A stretch of DNA of 24,865 nucleotides from an uncultured Gammaproteobacteria bacterium (GTDB lineage: Bacteria; Patescibacteriota; Patescibacteriia; Patescibacteriales; UBA12465), in NCBI GenBank assembly GCA_964514675.1, contig CAZERN010000001.1, positions 1-24,865 on the forward strand. Direction: 5' to 3'. The notes below the pieces were generated by a model. The model was not told where the DNA came from. It did no database searches and saw only the letters and a list, made by a program, of their open reading frames with translations. Below are positions 24,660 through 24,865 of the stretch, in pieces. The position numbers and the translations under genes are program-made. Each line of letters opens with the position of its first letter. Within the stretch, counting starts at the first letter, position 1.

Positions 24660-24690
24660 CTGGGGCGGGATTCGAACCAATATGGACCAA
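24660..24690 (-). other. tRNA 3'-half-like remnant, not a foldable tRNA
   Basis: Minus strand TTGGTCCATATTGGTTCGAATCCCGCCCCAG has the T-loop consensus GGTTCGAATCC, but the T-stem pairs over only 2 bp. Confidence 0.55.
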
Positions 24691-24772
24691 TGAAATCAAG
24701 GGTTTTCTATAAAATACCATTAATATCCCAAAAAGTTAGAACCGCTTTAAAACTTGAAATGTGTCTAATATT

Positions 24773-24799
24773 AAAACAAAAACAGGCCTTAAAAGCCTG
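24773..24799 (-). terminator. Probable intrinsic terminator
   Basis: Minus strand CAGGC-TTTTAAG-GCCTG-TTTTTGTTTT, directly after the second tRNA-like remnant. Confidence 0.55.
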
Positions 24800-24810
24800 A
24801 TTTTGCGTTT

Positions 24811-24839
24811 TGCTCGGGGTCGTGGACGAAGTTCGAACT
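24811..24839 (-). other. Second degenerate tRNA 3'-end-like / att-like sequence
   Basis: Minus strand AGTTCGAACTTCGTCCACGACCCCGAGCA has GTTCGAA plus an acceptor-like ACCCCGAGCA end, followed by a terminator. Confidence 0.4.
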
Positions 24840-24865
24840 AGTGTGGCTAAGACTAGGTAAGAATT

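Noticed and set aside
24660-24740. Intact tRNA gene
   Set aside because: The acceptor, D and T stems do not pair adequately; kept only as a remnant.
1-24865. CRISPR array, rRNA or alternative genetic code
   Set aside because: No repeat-spacer series or rRNA-like segments seen; conserved genes translate full-length under code 11 without needing TGA read-through.

Overview
AT-rich bacterial core-genome window. Gene content, a short HrcA and the lack of Shine-Dalgarno motifs suggest a Patescibacteria (CPR/Parcubacteria)-like organism; this taxonomy is inference only. Left to right: 3'-truncated miaB (missed by the ORF track); two divergent polytopic GT-C-like membrane proteins; a cytidylyltransferase-mltG-DUF3160 unit; uppP; tatD; an 11-mer-repeat protein with an N-terminal CxC-x9-CxC motif; a heat-shock operon hrcA-grpE-hsp20-dnaK-dnaJ; PBP2; a five-gene signalling/metal cluster (canonical OmpR-type regulator, metal-binding SBP, metallophosphoesterase, pseudo-receiver regulator, sensor-less histidine kinase); a 5'-truncated gene; a complete IS481-family element; and two tRNA-3'-end-like remnants at the right edge. 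The heat-shock operon is driven by a consensus TTGACA-N17-TATAAT promoter whose -35 box lies inside a variant CIRCE (TTAGCAGTC-N9-GACTGCTAA). The most unusual items are a GrpE fused to an apparently catalytically dead Nudix domain, the variant CIRCE, the atypical two-component cluster, and the tRNA-derived att-like scars. All family calls come from motif recognition by eye; no database searches were run.
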